Source: a bacterium
GTDB lineage: Bacteria > Sysuimicrobiota > Sysuimicrobiia > Sysuimicrobiales > Humicultoraceae
Direction of reading: 5' to 3'
NCBI GenBank assembly: GCA_031082185.1
Contig: JAVHLI010000004.1
Location: forward strand, 11,608-75,607
DNA length: 64,000 bases
Shown here one piece after another: positions 38,567-48,902 of this stretch. Positions within the stretch are counted from its first letter, which is position 1. The number at the start of each line of letters is the position of its first letter. The notes beneath the pieces are model-generated. The model saw only the letters and a list, made by a program, of their open reading frames with translations, had not been told where the DNA came from and ran no database searches. The position numbers and the translations under genes were made by a program.

Positions 38567-39241
38567 TCAGCCGCGCGCGGTGCGCCGGGCCTCGAGTTCT
38601 ACTTGAAGCCGGCGGGCATCCGCCAGGAACTTCTCGAGCCCGATGTCGGTCATCGGGTGGTTGAAGAGCTGCTCCATGACCCTAAACGGCATCGTGGCCA
38701 CGTGGCAGCCGACCAGCGCGGACTGGATCACGTGGACCGGGTGGCGGAGACTGGCGGATAGCACCTTTGTCTCGAACCCGTAGTTCCGGTAGGCGTCGCA
38801 GATGTCGCGTGCGAGCTCCATGCCATCGGTGCCCGCGTCGTCCAGGCGTCCGACGAACGGGCTTACATAGGTTCCGCCCGCCTTCGCGGCTATCAGCGCC
38901 TGGGCCAGCGAGAACACCAGCGTGACGTTGCACCGAATGCCCTTCGCGCGCAGCACCCGCAGCGCCCGGATGCCCTCGGGCGTGATCGGGACCTTCACGA
39001 CCACGTTGGGGGCCCAGGTGGCGAACTCCTCACCCTCCCGAATCATCCCCTCGGCATCGGCCACCGTCGCCTCGACGCTCACAGGGCCCGGGCAGATCGA
39101 GCAGATCTCCTGGATCAGACTCTTGTGCTCGCGGCCTTCCTTGGCGACATGGGTGGGATTCGTGGTAATGCCGTCGAGGATGCCCCACGACTGCGCGGCG
39201 CGGATCTCCTCGATGCTGGCGGTGTCGACGAAGAATTCCAT
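38567..39241 (-). CDS. Transaldolase / fructose-6-phosphate aldolase (TalC/Fsa-type, short form).
   Basis: MEFFVDTASIEEI...GITTNP...VKVP are present. Confidence 0.85.
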   Translation of the reverse strand: MEFFVDTASIEEIRAAQSWGILDGITTNPTHVAKEGREHKSLIQEICSICPGPVSVEATVADAEGMIREGEEFATWAPNVVVKVPITPEGIRALRVLRAKGIRCNVTLVFSLAQALIAAKAGGTYVSPFVGRLDDAGTDGMELARDICDAYRNYGFETKVLSASLRHPVHVIQSALVGCHVATMPFRVMEQLFNHPMTDIGLEKFLADARRLQVELEARRTARG

Positions 39242-39246
39242 TGCCG

Positions 39247-40746
39247 CTACCTTCCGGTGGCTTCGATGTACATGACCTCGGCGGCCTCGGTGGGACGCAG
39301 CATCTTGAGCGTGTCCCCGGGCCGCAGCTGCATCAGCAGTACCGGCTGATCGTTCCGGTAGATGGCGCTGACAACCGCCACCCGGTGCGATCGAACCTGG
39401 CGGTTCGCGTCCTCGACGACCACAACCGGGGGCGGCCCGCCACGGACCTCGCGCAGCGTCGCGGTCACATAGTCGTAGCGGCCCAGCGCCTCCATCAGGA
39501 CGTTGAGGGCAAAGATCGCCTCGCCGCGGTTGGCGGTCCGCGCCGGCCGGAAGGTGTTGTCGGCCAGGGGAAGGACGATCTTGCGGTCAATGGCCACCAC
39601 CACGCTCCCACGCAAATCTGATGGGATATCGCGCGCGTCGGCCACCACCAGCGTATCGTTGGCCCGGCGCAGCGCCTCCACTTCAAGGCCCATGGCGCGC
39701 ACGATGAACGCCGCCAGTTCGGCCCTCGTCACCGGCAGCCTGGGCCTGAACGTGTTGTCGGGATACGCCGAGATCAGCCCGCGCTGAAACGCGATCAAGA
39801 TCGTTGTGGGATTCTCCTTGGTCGTGTGCACTGCGACCAGCTCGTAGCGGCCCGGCCGGACCGGCTGGGAGTTCTGGTCGAGCTGCTTCCACCGCGACGC
39901 GAACTTCATTGACTGGTTGGCGGCCAGAGACACGGGCCGCTCCATGGGGACGAACGGCCGGTTCAGCGACCAGCGCGCCACCTCGTTCCCTTCCGCGTCG
40001 CGGATCACGAAGTCGTGGAACTGCGAGGTCGTGTACTCAAACGCGACATCCTGCAGCAAGAACACCTTGAGTCCCGGCTTGATCTGGACGGCGCCCTCAT
40101 CGTAGAGCTCCAGAACCGAGCCGTCCGCGCGCGCCTCCAGCACCCGGAACCTTGCGACCTTGCCGCGTGTTACTCCAGCCGCGGCACGGGTCTCGGTGTA
40201 CAGCTCGCCCTCGACCCCTGCCTTCAGCCCGTCACGGTCACTCATCTTGATGCGCGTCCGTCCGCGGTCCGGGGACAGGAACTCGGTCTCACGGCCCGGA
40301 CCATCGTTGGCGATCGTGAAGGTGATCTCGATCTCCTCGTCGGGACCGTACGTGGTCTTGTTTGCCGTCAGGGCGTACCGGACGGTACCCTTCCTTACCT
40401 CGGTTCTCGTGGCCGAGACCGTGCCCATTATCGAGGCCGCGGCGACGGCCATCCGGTCTGCCGCCGGAATCTGGTCCACGTCGCGGAAGTCGGGCGGACG
40501 CACCCCACCCGTGGGTATGCCGAGCGCGCGGGCCAGGAACAGCGCCATGTCCAGCCGGGTGACAGGTTCCTCAGGGGCCAGCCGGCCGTCAGGCAGGCGA
40601 ATCGCCAGTCCCTTCGCCACCATCCGCTCCGCGGCCCGCCGCGATGGGTGCGTGCTCATGTCCGTGAAGATCTGGGCGGTGGCCGGAGCCGCGGCCAGGG
40701 CAATCAGGACCAACACCGCGGCCAAGCGTGTGCGAATCGTCATCAC
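39247..40746 (-). CDS. Secreted SLH (S-layer homology) domain protein with a central BsuPI-like beta-sandwich domain.
   Basis: A signal peptide is followed by three SLH-like modules (FTD...AAERMVAKGL; PDNTFRPRLPVTRAELAAFIVRA; LADNTFRPARTANRGEAIFALNVLM). Confidence 0.65.
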   Translation of the reverse strand: MMTIRTRLAAVLVLIALAAAPATAQIFTDMSTHPSRRAAERMVAKGLAIRLPDGRLAPEEPVTRLDMALFLARALGIPTGGVRPPDFRDVDQIPAADRMAVAAASIMGTVSATRTEVRKGTVRYALTANKTTYGPDEEIEITFTIANDGPGRETEFLSPDRGRTRIKMSDRDGLKAGVEGELYTETRAAAGVTRGKVARFRVLEARADGSVLELYDEGAVQIKPGLKVFLLQDVAFEYTTSQFHDFVIRDAEGNEVARWSLNRPFVPMERPVSLAANQSMKFASRWKQLDQNSQPVRPGRYELVAVHTTKENPTTILIAFQRGLISAYPDNTFRPRLPVTRAELAAFIVRAMGLEVEALRRANDTLVVADARDIPSDLRGSVVVAIDRKIVLPLADNTFRPARTANRGEAIFALNVLMEALGRYDYVTATLREVRGGPPPVVVVEDANRQVRSHRVAVVSAIYRNDQPVLLMQLRPGDTLKMLRPTEAAEVMYIEATGR

Positions 40747-40995
40747 AGGTGCGCCTCCCTCGGGATTACCGATGGCGTGCAGGTCTATCAGAACTGTTCA
40801 CCGCGTGATTTGTGGTTCGAACATCGTCTGGGACACAACCCCGGAAGTTTCGTTTGGGCCGGAGATTGATAGCGGCAAGCGGCGACCGCGCACCTGCCGC
40901 CGGTAGATCTTGAGATATTCGTATCACACAGGCCGATGCCATTGCAATAGCAACCTCGGCCGAATCGAACCGGTGCCGATCAGGTGGGCCTCCGA

Positions 40996-42669
40996 TCACA
41001 TGCTTTCGGGGGTTGAAACCCCCAGCAGCCCCAGCGTGCGCCGCAGCACTATCCGGGCAGCCTCGACCAGGGCCAGCCGCGCGGCGGTCAGGTCCGGATC
41101 GTCGGTCAGAACGCGGCAGTGGGCGTAGAAGAGATGGAACGCCTCGGCAACCTCGCGGGCATACGCGCAGAGACGATGGGGCTCACGCCGCAGACCTGCC
41201 AGTCGGACAACCTCGGGAAGTTCGCCCAGGGCGTGGATCAGAGCGGCCTCGCGTTCGTCGGCCAGGCGCTCCAGCGGGCGGTCCAGCGATGAGCAGGCGT
41301 CTCCGCCACCTGCCTTCCCGGTTGCCTCGCGCAGGATGCCGGCGATACGCGCATGGGCGTACTGCACGTAGTACACGGGGTTGTCCTGCGAGGGCTGAAG
41401 CGCCAACGCGACGTCGAAGTCCATGGGAACCGAGGGCGAGGCCATCGCGAAGAAGTACCTTGCGGCGTCCACCCCGACGGCGTCCATCAGCTCCCGCAGG
41501 GCCACGAACTCGCCGCTGCTCTTGGACATGCGCAGGGACTCACCCGCGTTCTTCAATCGCACGTGCTGGTAGATGAGGATTTCCAGGGCCTCGGGCGGGA
41601 CGCCCATCGCGGCCAGCCCGCCCTTGACGCGGGCCACATCGCCGATGTGATCAATGGCCCAGACGTTTATCATCATGTCGAAGCCGCGCGCCAGCTTGTC
41701 GAGATGGTAGGCTATGTCGCTGCCGAAGTAGGTCCACTCGCCGGTGGACTTGACGATCACCCGGTCCTTGTCGTCACCAAAGCAGGACGAGCGAAACCAG
41801 GTCTTGCCATCGGCCTCGTAGATGTAGTCGCGGGCCCGAAGCTCGGCGAGCACCCGGTCCACCGCCCCTGAACGAATCAGCCCGCGCTCGCTGAACCAGG
41901 TGTCGAACCTCACACCAAACCGCTCGAGCACCTCTCTGATGTCCGCGACGGCCGCGGTCACGCTCACGTCTCGGAAGTGGTCCAGGCGCTCGTCCTGGGA
42001 GGCCCGCAGCCATCTGTCGCCGTCGTCCGCAACGATCCTGCCTGCCAGGTCCTTGACATACTCGCCCGGGTAGCCCCCCTCGGGAAACGGCGTGGGCTGC
42101 CCGAGCATGTTCAGGTAGTGGGCCTCAACCGAACGCGCCAGGTTGTGCACCTTCTGGCCGGCATCGTTCATGTAGTACTCGCGCGAGATAGAGAATCCAA
42201 GAGCCCCCAGCAGGTTGGCCAGCACGTCGCCTATAACCGCGTTGCGGCCGGCACCGACGTGAAGCGGGCCTGTGGGGTTGGCGCTGACGAACTCGACGTT
42301 CACGCGCCGACCGGCGCCGATCGTCTGCAGGCCGTAGCCGTCCCCGAGCCGGCAGATAGTCGCAACCAAGTCGCGCTTCCAGGGCCAGGCAACCGTCAGG
42401 TTGATAAACCCGGGGCCGGCGACCTCGAGACGCTCGATGCGATCAGGGGGAGGCGCGTAGGCCTCGATCAGGCGCTGCGCGATCTCGCGGGGCTTCCCGC
42501 CGACGTGCTTGGCCAGCAGCAGTGCCGCGTTGGTCGCATAGTCGCCGTGCCGGCGATCCCTGGGAACCTCCACATCGAACGGCGGCACATCACCCGAGGG
42601 AATCGCGCCGGATTCCATGGCGCGGGTGATGGCGTCCCGGATCTCTCGCCTCAGGGCCTCGCGAAACAT
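40996..42669 (-). CDS. argS: Arginine--tRNA ligase.
   Basis: Starts at Met55 of the ORF (MFREALRREIRDAI...). The HIGH-region SANPTGPLHVG is present. Confidence 0.9.
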   Translation of the reverse strand: MFREALRREIRDAITRAMESGAIPSGDVPPFDVEVPRDRRHGDYATNAALLLAKHVGGKPREIAQRLIEAYAPPPDRIERLEVAGPGFINLTVAWPWKRDLVATICRLGDGYGLQTIGAGRRVNVEFVSANPTGPLHVGAGRNAVIGDVLANLLGALGFSISREYYMNDAGQKVHNLARSVEAHYLNMLGQPTPFPEGGYPGEYVKDLAGRIVADDGDRWLRASQDERLDHFRDVSVTAAVADIREVLERFGVRFDTWFSERGLIRSGAVDRVLAELRARDYIYEADGKTWFRSSCFGDDKDRVIVKSTGEWTYFGSDIAYHLDKLARGFDMMINVWAIDHIGDVARVKGGLAAMGVPPEALEILIYQHVRLKNAGESLRMSKSSGEFVALRELMDAVGVDAARYFFAMASPSVPMDFDVALALQPSQDNPVYYVQYAHARIAGILREATGKAGGGDACSSLDRPLERLADEREAALIHALGELPEVVRLAGLRREPHRLCAYAREVAEAFHLFYAHCRVLTDDPDLTAARLALVEAARIVLRRTLGLLGVSTPESM

Positions 42670-42685
42670 CGCCTTACTATACCAC

Positions 42686-43906
42686 CTACGCCGTGCGGGA
42701 TACCGGCGCGCGGGGTGCAGGCGCGAGGGGCGCGGGCGTGAACTTCCCCAGAACGCGCGGCCCGGCTGCCCCGGTTGCGGCCGGCACGTTCGTGGCCAGC
42801 CCGGCCACCGCGTCGGAGGCCAGCAGCGCAAACGCCATCGCCTCCTTCAGCTTGCCGTCCACCCCGAACTCCTCGCAACGGTAGACCGGAAGACCCAACC
42901 CCGAGGCAATGCGCCCGCGCAGGAAGTCGTTGTAGGATCCGCCGCCTCCCAGCACCACCTCGTCCAGCCCGGCCCGAGGAATCAGGAACTCGCGGTAGGC
43001 CCGCACGATCGAATCTGCGGTCAGCGCCGAGACGGTGGCCACGGCGTCCTCTGGGCCGAGCCCGCGGCGGAGCGCCTGTTCAAGGAGTGCCGCGGCGAAC
43101 GGTCGGCCGTAGACCTCTCGGCCGGTGGTCTTGGGCGGGGAGAGCCGCAGAAACGGATCGCCCATCAGCTCGTCCAGCCAGTCTTCGTGCACCCGTCCCC
43201 TGGAGGCCATCGCGCCCCCGTGGTCGTATGCCTGGGCCCCGCCGGTGGTGAGTTGCACCACGCCGTCAATCAGCATGTTACCGGGACCGGTGTCGAACGC
43301 CAGGGCGTCGCCGGGACCGCATCCGGCCGGTAGATAGGTGACGTTACCGATTCCCCCGATGTTCTGCACAGCGCGCGTGCGCGCGGGGTGCCGGAACACG
43401 ACCAGGTCGAAGTACGGCACCAGCGGCGCGCCGTGCCCGCCGGCGGCAATGTCGGCCACGCGGAAGTCGGCCACCACCGGCAGGCCGGTGCGCTCCGCTA
43501 TCACCGCCGATTCCCCTAACTGCAGCGTCGCGCCGTCCGGGCTGGGAATGTGCCAGACCGTCTGGCCGTGCGAGCCGACCAGATCCACCTCTGCCGGATG
43601 CAGCCCGGCCTGGGCGATCACCGCCAGCGCCGCGTCCGCGAAGAGGTCGCCCAGTCGGAAGTTGAACCGGCACAGGCGATCCACCGAGGCGGTCGCCGGA
43701 TTGAACATGGAGAACAGCTCGTCACGATCCGCATCGGAGAAAGGCACCGTCAGGCCGGCGACCAGCCGCACCCGTGCCTCCAGCCCGGCGCCGGCGATCT
43801 CAACGAGAGCGGCGTCAATCCCATCGGCCGAGGTGCCCGAGATCAAGCCCACCACCCGCTTCGGGTCTTTGCGCGCAAGAATAGCCGCGGTTCTCACCGT
43901 CCGCAC
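42686..43906 (-). CDS. anmK: Anhydro-N-acetylmuramic acid kinase.
   Basis: GLISGTSADGIDAAL...HGQTVWH are present. Confidence 0.85.
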   Translation of the reverse strand: MRTVRTAAILARKDPKRVVGLISGTSADGIDAALVEIAGAGLEARVRLVAGLTVPFSDADRDELFSMFNPATASVDRLCRFNFRLGDLFADAALAVIAQAGLHPAEVDLVGSHGQTVWHIPSPDGATLQLGESAVIAERTGLPVVADFRVADIAAGGHGAPLVPYFDLVVFRHPARTRAVQNIGGIGNVTYLPAGCGPGDALAFDTGPGNMLIDGVVQLTTGGAQAYDHGGAMASRGRVHEDWLDELMGDPFLRLSPPKTTGREVYGRPFAAALLEQALRRGLGPEDAVATVSALTADSIVRAYREFLIPRAGLDEVVLGGGGSYNDFLRGRIASGLGLPVYRCEEFGVDGKLKEAMAFALLASDAVAGLATNVPAATGAAGPRVLGKFTPAPLAPAPRAPVSRTA

Positions 43907-44835
43907 CCCTCATCTCTGGCCTCGATTGCCGCCCGGACAAACCCGCCCGCCCGTTCCAGCAGCCGCTCGGCCTCCTGGCGCCCCACCCTTGCCAGCGCCA
44001 TAACGATGGCGACCTTGGTGCTGCCGCCGGCCTCGTCCAGCAGTCGGCCGCCGGCGTCGGCATCCAGGCCGGTCGCCTGCGCCACCATGCGCCGCGCGCG
44101 CGATTCCAGCTTCTGGTTGCTGGGCGGCATGTCCACCATCAGGTTCGAATACACCTTGCCCAGCCGAACCATGGCCGTGGTGCTGAGCATGTTCAGCACC
44201 ATCTTCTGGGAGGTCCCGGCCTTCATGCGCGTCGAACCGGTGAGGACCTCCGGGCCGGTAACCGGCGTGATGGGAATATCCACCGCCCGCTCCAGCAGCG
44301 AGCCGGGGGCATTGCACAGACCGATGATGGTGCAGCCGCGCCTCCGCGCCTCTGCGACGGCTCCCAGCACGAACGGCGTCACGCCGCTGGCGGCGATTGC
44401 CACGACCGCGTCGTTGCCTCCTGCGCCGATTGCCGATACCTCCGCGGCGCCCGCGGCAGCGTCATCCTCGGACGGCGCAGCCGATCCGATTGTGGCCTGC
44501 GAACCTCCGGCGACGAGGACCGGAATCAGCCCCGGCTCAACCCCGAAGGTGGGCGGCCACTCCAGCGCGTCGAGCAGGCCGATCCGCCCACTGGTGCCGG
44601 CGCCTACGTAGATGACGCGGCCCCCGGAGCGCACGGCCCGCACGATGGCTTCCACCGCCTGCGCAATCTGGGGGATCTCGGCGGCCACGGCATCGGGGAC
44701 GCTGTCATCCTCCTGGTTGATCACACGCAGGATCTCCTCGGTGGAGAGGCGGTCCATCTCCATGGTCCTGGGATTGCGCTGCTCTGTCTCCAGTTCCCAG
44801 TAGTTCACCCTGGGCCGTTGATCAGGCGGTGTCAT
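43894..44835 (-). CDS. murQ: N-acetylmuramic acid 6-phosphate etherase.
   Basis: A SIS domain with GAGTSGRIG and a C-terminal KxxxxxxMV...TGxDxxxA. Confidence 0.85.
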   Translation of the reverse strand: MTPPDQRPRVNYWELETEQRNPRTMEMDRLSTEEILRVINQEDDSVPDAVAAEIPQIAQAVEAIVRAVRSGGRVIYVGAGTSGRIGLLDALEWPPTFGVEPGLIPVLVAGGSQATIGSAAPSEDDAAAGAAEVSAIGAGGNDAVVAIAASGVTPFVLGAVAEARRRGCTIIGLCNAPGSLLERAVDIPITPVTGPEVLTGSTRMKAGTSQKMVLNMLSTTAMVRLGKVYSNLMVDMPPSNQKLESRARRMVAQATGLDADAGGRLLDEAGGSTKVAIVMALARVGRQEAERLLERAGGFVRAAIEARDEGCGR

Positions 44836-45784
44836 CGCGATCACCTCGCTCGCGCCACGCGGTCTCAATGCCTGCCGCTCGGGCCGCCAGCAGCGCGGCG
44901 CCGATCTCAGGCGGGAAGCGGGCAGGGGTCAGCACGGCCGGGCACGCTCGGGCGTCAAGCGCCCGCATCATCAGCCCGGCCATAGGCCCACCCTCGCCCA
45001 GTACCCCTCCGGACGCCACCAGCGTGAACCTGTTCTGCTCCCAGCCCAAAACACGCGCAACGGCGTCCACCATCGCGGCAAGCCCATCACCGGCGCGCTC
45101 CAGGATGCGCGCGGCAACCGGATCTCCCGCTGCCGCGGCTTCCACCGCCAGCGGGGCGACCGACGCGACCGCGTCTATGCTCGCTCCGCGCACGGCGGCC
45201 TTGAGCGCCGCAAGCGAAGCGATGCCGAATCGTGCCCGGACCGCTTCAACCATGAGGGTGGTATCCCCGCGGCCGTCGTACGCGCGCATCGCGGCCCGCA
45301 GTACAGCGCGGCCGATGGAGTATCCGCTGCCTTCATCGTCGAGGAGCGGTCCCCATCCTCCGGCACGCGCCCGCCGGCCGCCCTCGTCCACCCCGAACGC
45401 TATGGAACCGGTGCCGGCTATGATCACCACGCCGGGCGACAGCGCTGTGCCGCCGGCCAGCGCGGCCGCGGCGTCGTGATCCACATGCACGAACCGGGCG
45501 ATGTTGGCCCTGGTGAGCGCGCCGATCAGCCGCTCGCGGATTGCCGGGTCGTCTGCACCGGCCAGCCCGGCTCCGAGCGCGGCTACCGTCTCCGCCATGC
45601 CGGAAGTGGCCAGTGCCTCGCGCGCCGCGGCCACTACAACGGCCGCCGCTTCCTCGGGCTCCCGATGGTAGGCGCTCGAGGAGCGTACCGACGCCGTCGA
45701 GATCACCGACCCGGTCGAGGACACCACTGCCGCGCGGGTCTTCGACGCGCCCCCATCCACCCCGATCAGCACCACCTCAGCCAT
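44822..45784 (-). CDS. BadF/BadG/BcrA/BcrD-type ATPase; likely a GlcNAc/MurNAc kinase.
   Basis: LIGVDGGASKTR is present. The start is trimmed to Met75 (MAEVVLIGVDGG). Confidence 0.7.
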   Translation of the reverse strand: MAEVVLIGVDGGASKTRAAVVSSTGSVISTASVRSSSAYHREPEEAAAVVVAAAREALATSGMAETVAALGAGLAGADDPAIRERLIGALTRANIARFVHVDHDAAAALAGGTALSPGVVIIAGTGSIAFGVDEGGRRARAGGWGPLLDDEGSGYSIGRAVLRAAMRAYDGRGDTTLMVEAVRARFGIASLAALKAAVRGASIDAVASVAPLAVEAAAAGDPVAARILERAGDGLAAMVDAVARVLGWEQNRFTLVASGGVLGEGGPMAGLMMRALDARACPAVLTPARFPPEIGAALLAARAAGIETAWRERGDRDDTA

Positions 45785-45789
45785 CTGGG

Positions 45790-46974
45790 TCAACCATCGA
45801 GGGCCTCGATCACCGCGTCGTGGAACGCCGGGCGGAAAGCCTGGATCTCCTCCCGCTGTGCAGTAGGATGCACGCGGTTGGTCAGCAGCACCACCACCAG
45901 GTCGCGCGCGGGGTCCACCAGTATGGAGGTCCCTGTGAAACCGGTGTGGCAGTACGCCTGCATCGAGGCGCGCGTGCCGGCAGAGGGCCCGCCCTGCAGG
46001 CTCCACCCGAGCCCTCCTCGACCCGGGCCCGGCTGCCCTGTCTGGTCCCGCGTGGCTTCCGCAACGGTCGCCGGACGCAGGACGCGCGCGCCGTCCATCG
46101 CCCCGCCGCGCAGCATGGCCGCGCCGAACCGTGCAACGTCCCCGGCGGTGGCGAACAGCCCGGCGTGACCCGCCACCCCGCGTCCCAGGTGCCAGGCGTT
46201 GCCGTCGTGCACCTCGCCCCGAAGCAGGTGGGTTCGCCAGGCGAACCCCCTGCCCAGCCCCTGCTCGCGAGCCTTCATCCGCTCATAACCGTTCCCGACC
46301 TCGGTGGCGGCGCAGCGCGTCCGCCATGCCCGCGGCGGCGAGAACCGCGTCGCCCCAAGACCCAGCGGACCGAAGATACGCGCGCGCGCGTAGGCGTCGA
46401 GGGACATCCCGGTGAGGCGCTCCACCAGGTACCCCAGCAGGATGAACCCCAGATCGCTGTACTCCACCCGCGACCCGGGCGGCGCCAGAACGGGTGTGGC
46501 GCAGATGCGCGCCGCCGCTCCTTCGATGGATCGGCAGGCGCCCGCGCGCTCCCGCCCTCCCCCCGAAGGACGCGCGACTTTGAGGTAGAGCATCTCCCAG
46601 GCCGGGAGCCCCGCGGTGTGCGCCAGCAGGTGGCGGACCGTCGCCTCTGCCTTTCCTCCCCAGGCGAAGCGAGGGATGTGTATCGCGACCGGGGCATCGA
46701 GATCAACCGCGCCTCTTTCCCAAAGCTGGAGCACGGCGGTCGCAGTGGCCATCGGCTTGGTCAGACTGGCCAAATCGAACACCGTCTCGATCATCATCGG
46801 GCGGCGCCGGGGAACCACCTGCGCATCCCCGAACGCCTGGTGCAGCAGCCAGTCCTTCCCCCTGGCCACCGCGACGACCGCGCCGGGGAAGATACCGTCC
46901 CGCAGCCCCTCTGCCACGCGCGCCTCTACCACCTCACGTACGCGCACCGCCCGGCGCATCGGCCTGGCGGTCAT
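45790..46974 (-). CDS. Beta-lactamase-family serine hydrolase (PBP/AmpH-like).
   Basis: An SxxK motif in FDLASLTKP, and HLLAHTAGLP. Confidence 0.75.
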   Translation of the reverse strand: MTARPMRRAVRVREVVEARVAEGLRDGIFPGAVVAVARGKDWLLHQAFGDAQVVPRRRPMMIETVFDLASLTKPMATATAVLQLWERGAVDLDAPVAIHIPRFAWGGKAEATVRHLLAHTAGLPAWEMLYLKVARPSGGGRERAGACRSIEGAAARICATPVLAPPGSRVEYSDLGFILLGYLVERLTGMSLDAYARARIFGPLGLGATRFSPPRAWRTRCAATEVGNGYERMKAREQGLGRGFAWRTHLLRGEVHDGNAWHLGRGVAGHAGLFATAGDVARFGAAMLRGGAMDGARVLRPATVAEATRDQTGQPGPGRGGLGWSLQGGPSAGTRASMQAYCHTGFTGTSILVDPARDLVVVLLTNRVHPTAQREEIQAFRPAFHDAVIEALDG

Positions 46975-47870
46975 CGCAGCCTCGGATCGAGCAGGTCACG
47001 CAGGCCGTCGCCCAACAGGTTGAATCCGAGCACGACGATCATGATCGCCAGGCCGGGAAAGACGGCGTTCCAGGGAGCCAGCTCGAGCAACTGCCGCCCG
47101 TCGCTGAGCATGTTGCCCCACGAGGGCGTAGGCGGCCGCGTGCCGAGCCCCAGGAAACTGAGCGCCGACTCCGAGAGGATAGCCAGCGACAGACTCAGCG
47201 AGATCTGCACGATCATCGGGGCCATCACGTTGGGAATGACGTGCCTCCACATGATCCGCGCGTTGGCCATCCCCAGCGCCCTGGCGGCGTCAATGAACTC
47301 GAGCGAGCGCACGCCCAACGCCGCGGCCCTGGCCACGCGCGCGAACTGGGGCGTGTAGACGATCCCGATGGCGATCACCAGGTTGAACAGGCTGGTGCCC
47401 AGCACGGCCATGATCGCGATAGCGAGGAGGATGGCCGGGAACGCAAAGACGACGTCCATGATCCGCATCGAGACCGAGTCCCACCACCCACCGTAGTATC
47501 CCGCGGACAGACCGACCGAGGTCCCCATCGCCACGGCCGCCAGCACGGACAGAAAGGCGACCACCAGGGAGACGCGCGAACCCATCAGCACGCGGCTGAA
47601 CACGTCGCGGCCGAACTCGTCGGTGCCGAAAAGGTACCGGCCGCCGGGCGGAGAGAGCGCGTCCTCTGGGGACATGACCCGGACGTCGTGGGGAACTACC
47701 GCGGGTGCCGTCACCGCTATCCCAATGCTGGCAAAGATAATGACGAAGCCGATCGGCGCGACGCGGTTGCGCAGGAACCGGCGCGCCCACCACCGCCAGC
47801 CGGTGCCCAGGCGCGGCCCCGCGGCCGCCGGCGCCTTACCCGTATCGGATGCGCGGATCAATCCAGGCAT
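46971..47870 (-). CDS. ABC transporter permease (DppC/OppC type).
   Basis: TM-rich, with the EAA-like motif IDAARALGMANARIMWRH. The start is uncertain; the ORF extends to 47915. Confidence 0.8.
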   Translation of the reverse strand: MPGLIRASDTGKAPAAAGPRLGTGWRWWARRFLRNRVAPIGFVIIFASIGIAVTAPAVVPHDVRVMSPEDALSPPGGRYLFGTDEFGRDVFSRVLMGSRVSLVVAFLSVLAAVAMGTSVGLSAGYYGGWWDSVSMRIMDVVFAFPAILLAIAIMAVLGTSLFNLVIAIGIVYTPQFARVARAAALGVRSLEFIDAARALGMANARIMWRHVIPNVMAPMIVQISLSLSLAILSESALSFLGLGTRPPTPSWGNMLSDGRQLLELAPWNAVFPGLAIMIVVLGFNLLGDGLRDLLDPRLR

Positions 47871-48783
47871 AGAGCAGATCCACCACCAGGTTGGTAACGA
47901 CGAAGAGCAGGGCAATGGTCAGCACGACCCCCTGCACCACCGGATAGTCGCGCTGGAAGATCGCCTGCAACACAAGGCGGCCCATCCCGGGGAGGGCGAA
48001 GATCTCCTCGATCACCACGGTGCCACCCAGCAGGTAGCCCATCTGAAACCCCACAACGGTAATGACCGGGATCATCGCGTTCGGCAGGGCGTGGCGGAGC
48101 ATCACGGCCGATGCCCGCAGCCCCTTGCCCCGAGCGGTCCGGACATAGTCCTGCCCCAGCACCTCGAGCAGCGACGAGCGGATGTAGCGCATCAGTATCG
48201 CCGCGATCGCCACCCCCAAGGCGATGGCCGGCAGGTAAAGACTCTCCAGCGTGCCGAGGGGATTCTGCGACAAGGGGACATACTGGCCGAGCGAGACGTG
48301 CAGGTATCGGGAGAAGACGAGAATCAGCATCGCGCCGAGCCAGAAGTTGGGCATCGAGAGGCCGAGCAGCCCGCCGATGCGCGTCAGCACGTCAAACGCC
48401 GAGTTGCGCGTAACCGCCGAGAGGATGCCGAGCGGCACCGCAATGGTCAGCGCAATGGCCAGTGAGAACATCGCGAGCTGAAACGAGAGCGGCAGCCGCG
48501 CCATGATGTCGGGAAGCACCGGGCGCGAGGTCCGCAGCGAAACGCCGAAATCCCCGCGGAGAATCCGTCCCAGGTAGTCAACGAACTGCGCCCAGATCGG
48601 CTTGTCCACCCCAAAGAACCGGCGCAGCTCGGCCATCTGTTCGGGCGTCATCTCTACCTGGGTTCCCAGGAAGAGCTGGACGGCGTCTCCCGGTATCAGA
48701 CGTATCAGCAGGAAGACGACGGCGAGTATGCCGAGTAGTACGGGAATGAGCGCCAGCAGGCGCGTGGCCAGATACCTTTGCAT
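47836..48783 (-). CDS. ABC transporter permease (DppB/OppB type).
   Basis: MQRYLATRLLALIPVLLGILAVVFLLIRLIPGD is the typical N-terminus. Confidence 0.85.
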   Translation of the reverse strand: MQRYLATRLLALIPVLLGILAVVFLLIRLIPGDAVQLFLGTQVEMTPEQMAELRRFFGVDKPIWAQFVDYLGRILRGDFGVSLRTSRPVLPDIMARLPLSFQLAMFSLAIALTIAVPLGILSAVTRNSAFDVLTRIGGLLGLSMPNFWLGAMLILVFSRYLHVSLGQYVPLSQNPLGTLESLYLPAIALGVAIAAILMRYIRSSLLEVLGQDYVRTARGKGLRASAVMLRHALPNAMIPVITVVGFQMGYLLGGTVVIEEIFALPGMGRLVLQAIFQRDYPVVQGVVLTIALLFVVTNLVVDLLYAWIDPRIRYG

Positions 48784-48902
48784 GGATGGATACTGGTTGG
48801 GTCCCGGGGGGCGGTTCGCCGCCCCCCGGGATTACACTCTCACTTGATCCCGTTACTCGCGATCCTGTTGCCTACGATCGCGCTGCCTGAGTACGGCAGT
48901 GC

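Noticed and set aside
40814-40822. GGTTCGAAC, a T-loop-like tRNA motif in the 249-bp spacer upstream of the SLH gene.
   Set aside because: No flanking T-stem, acceptor stem or anticodon arm could be built on either strand.
45541-47358. A 605-aa plus-strand ORF across the kinase, beta-lactamase and permease genes.
   Set aside because: It is antisense to three well-supported genes and has a low-complexity R/P/G-rich composition.
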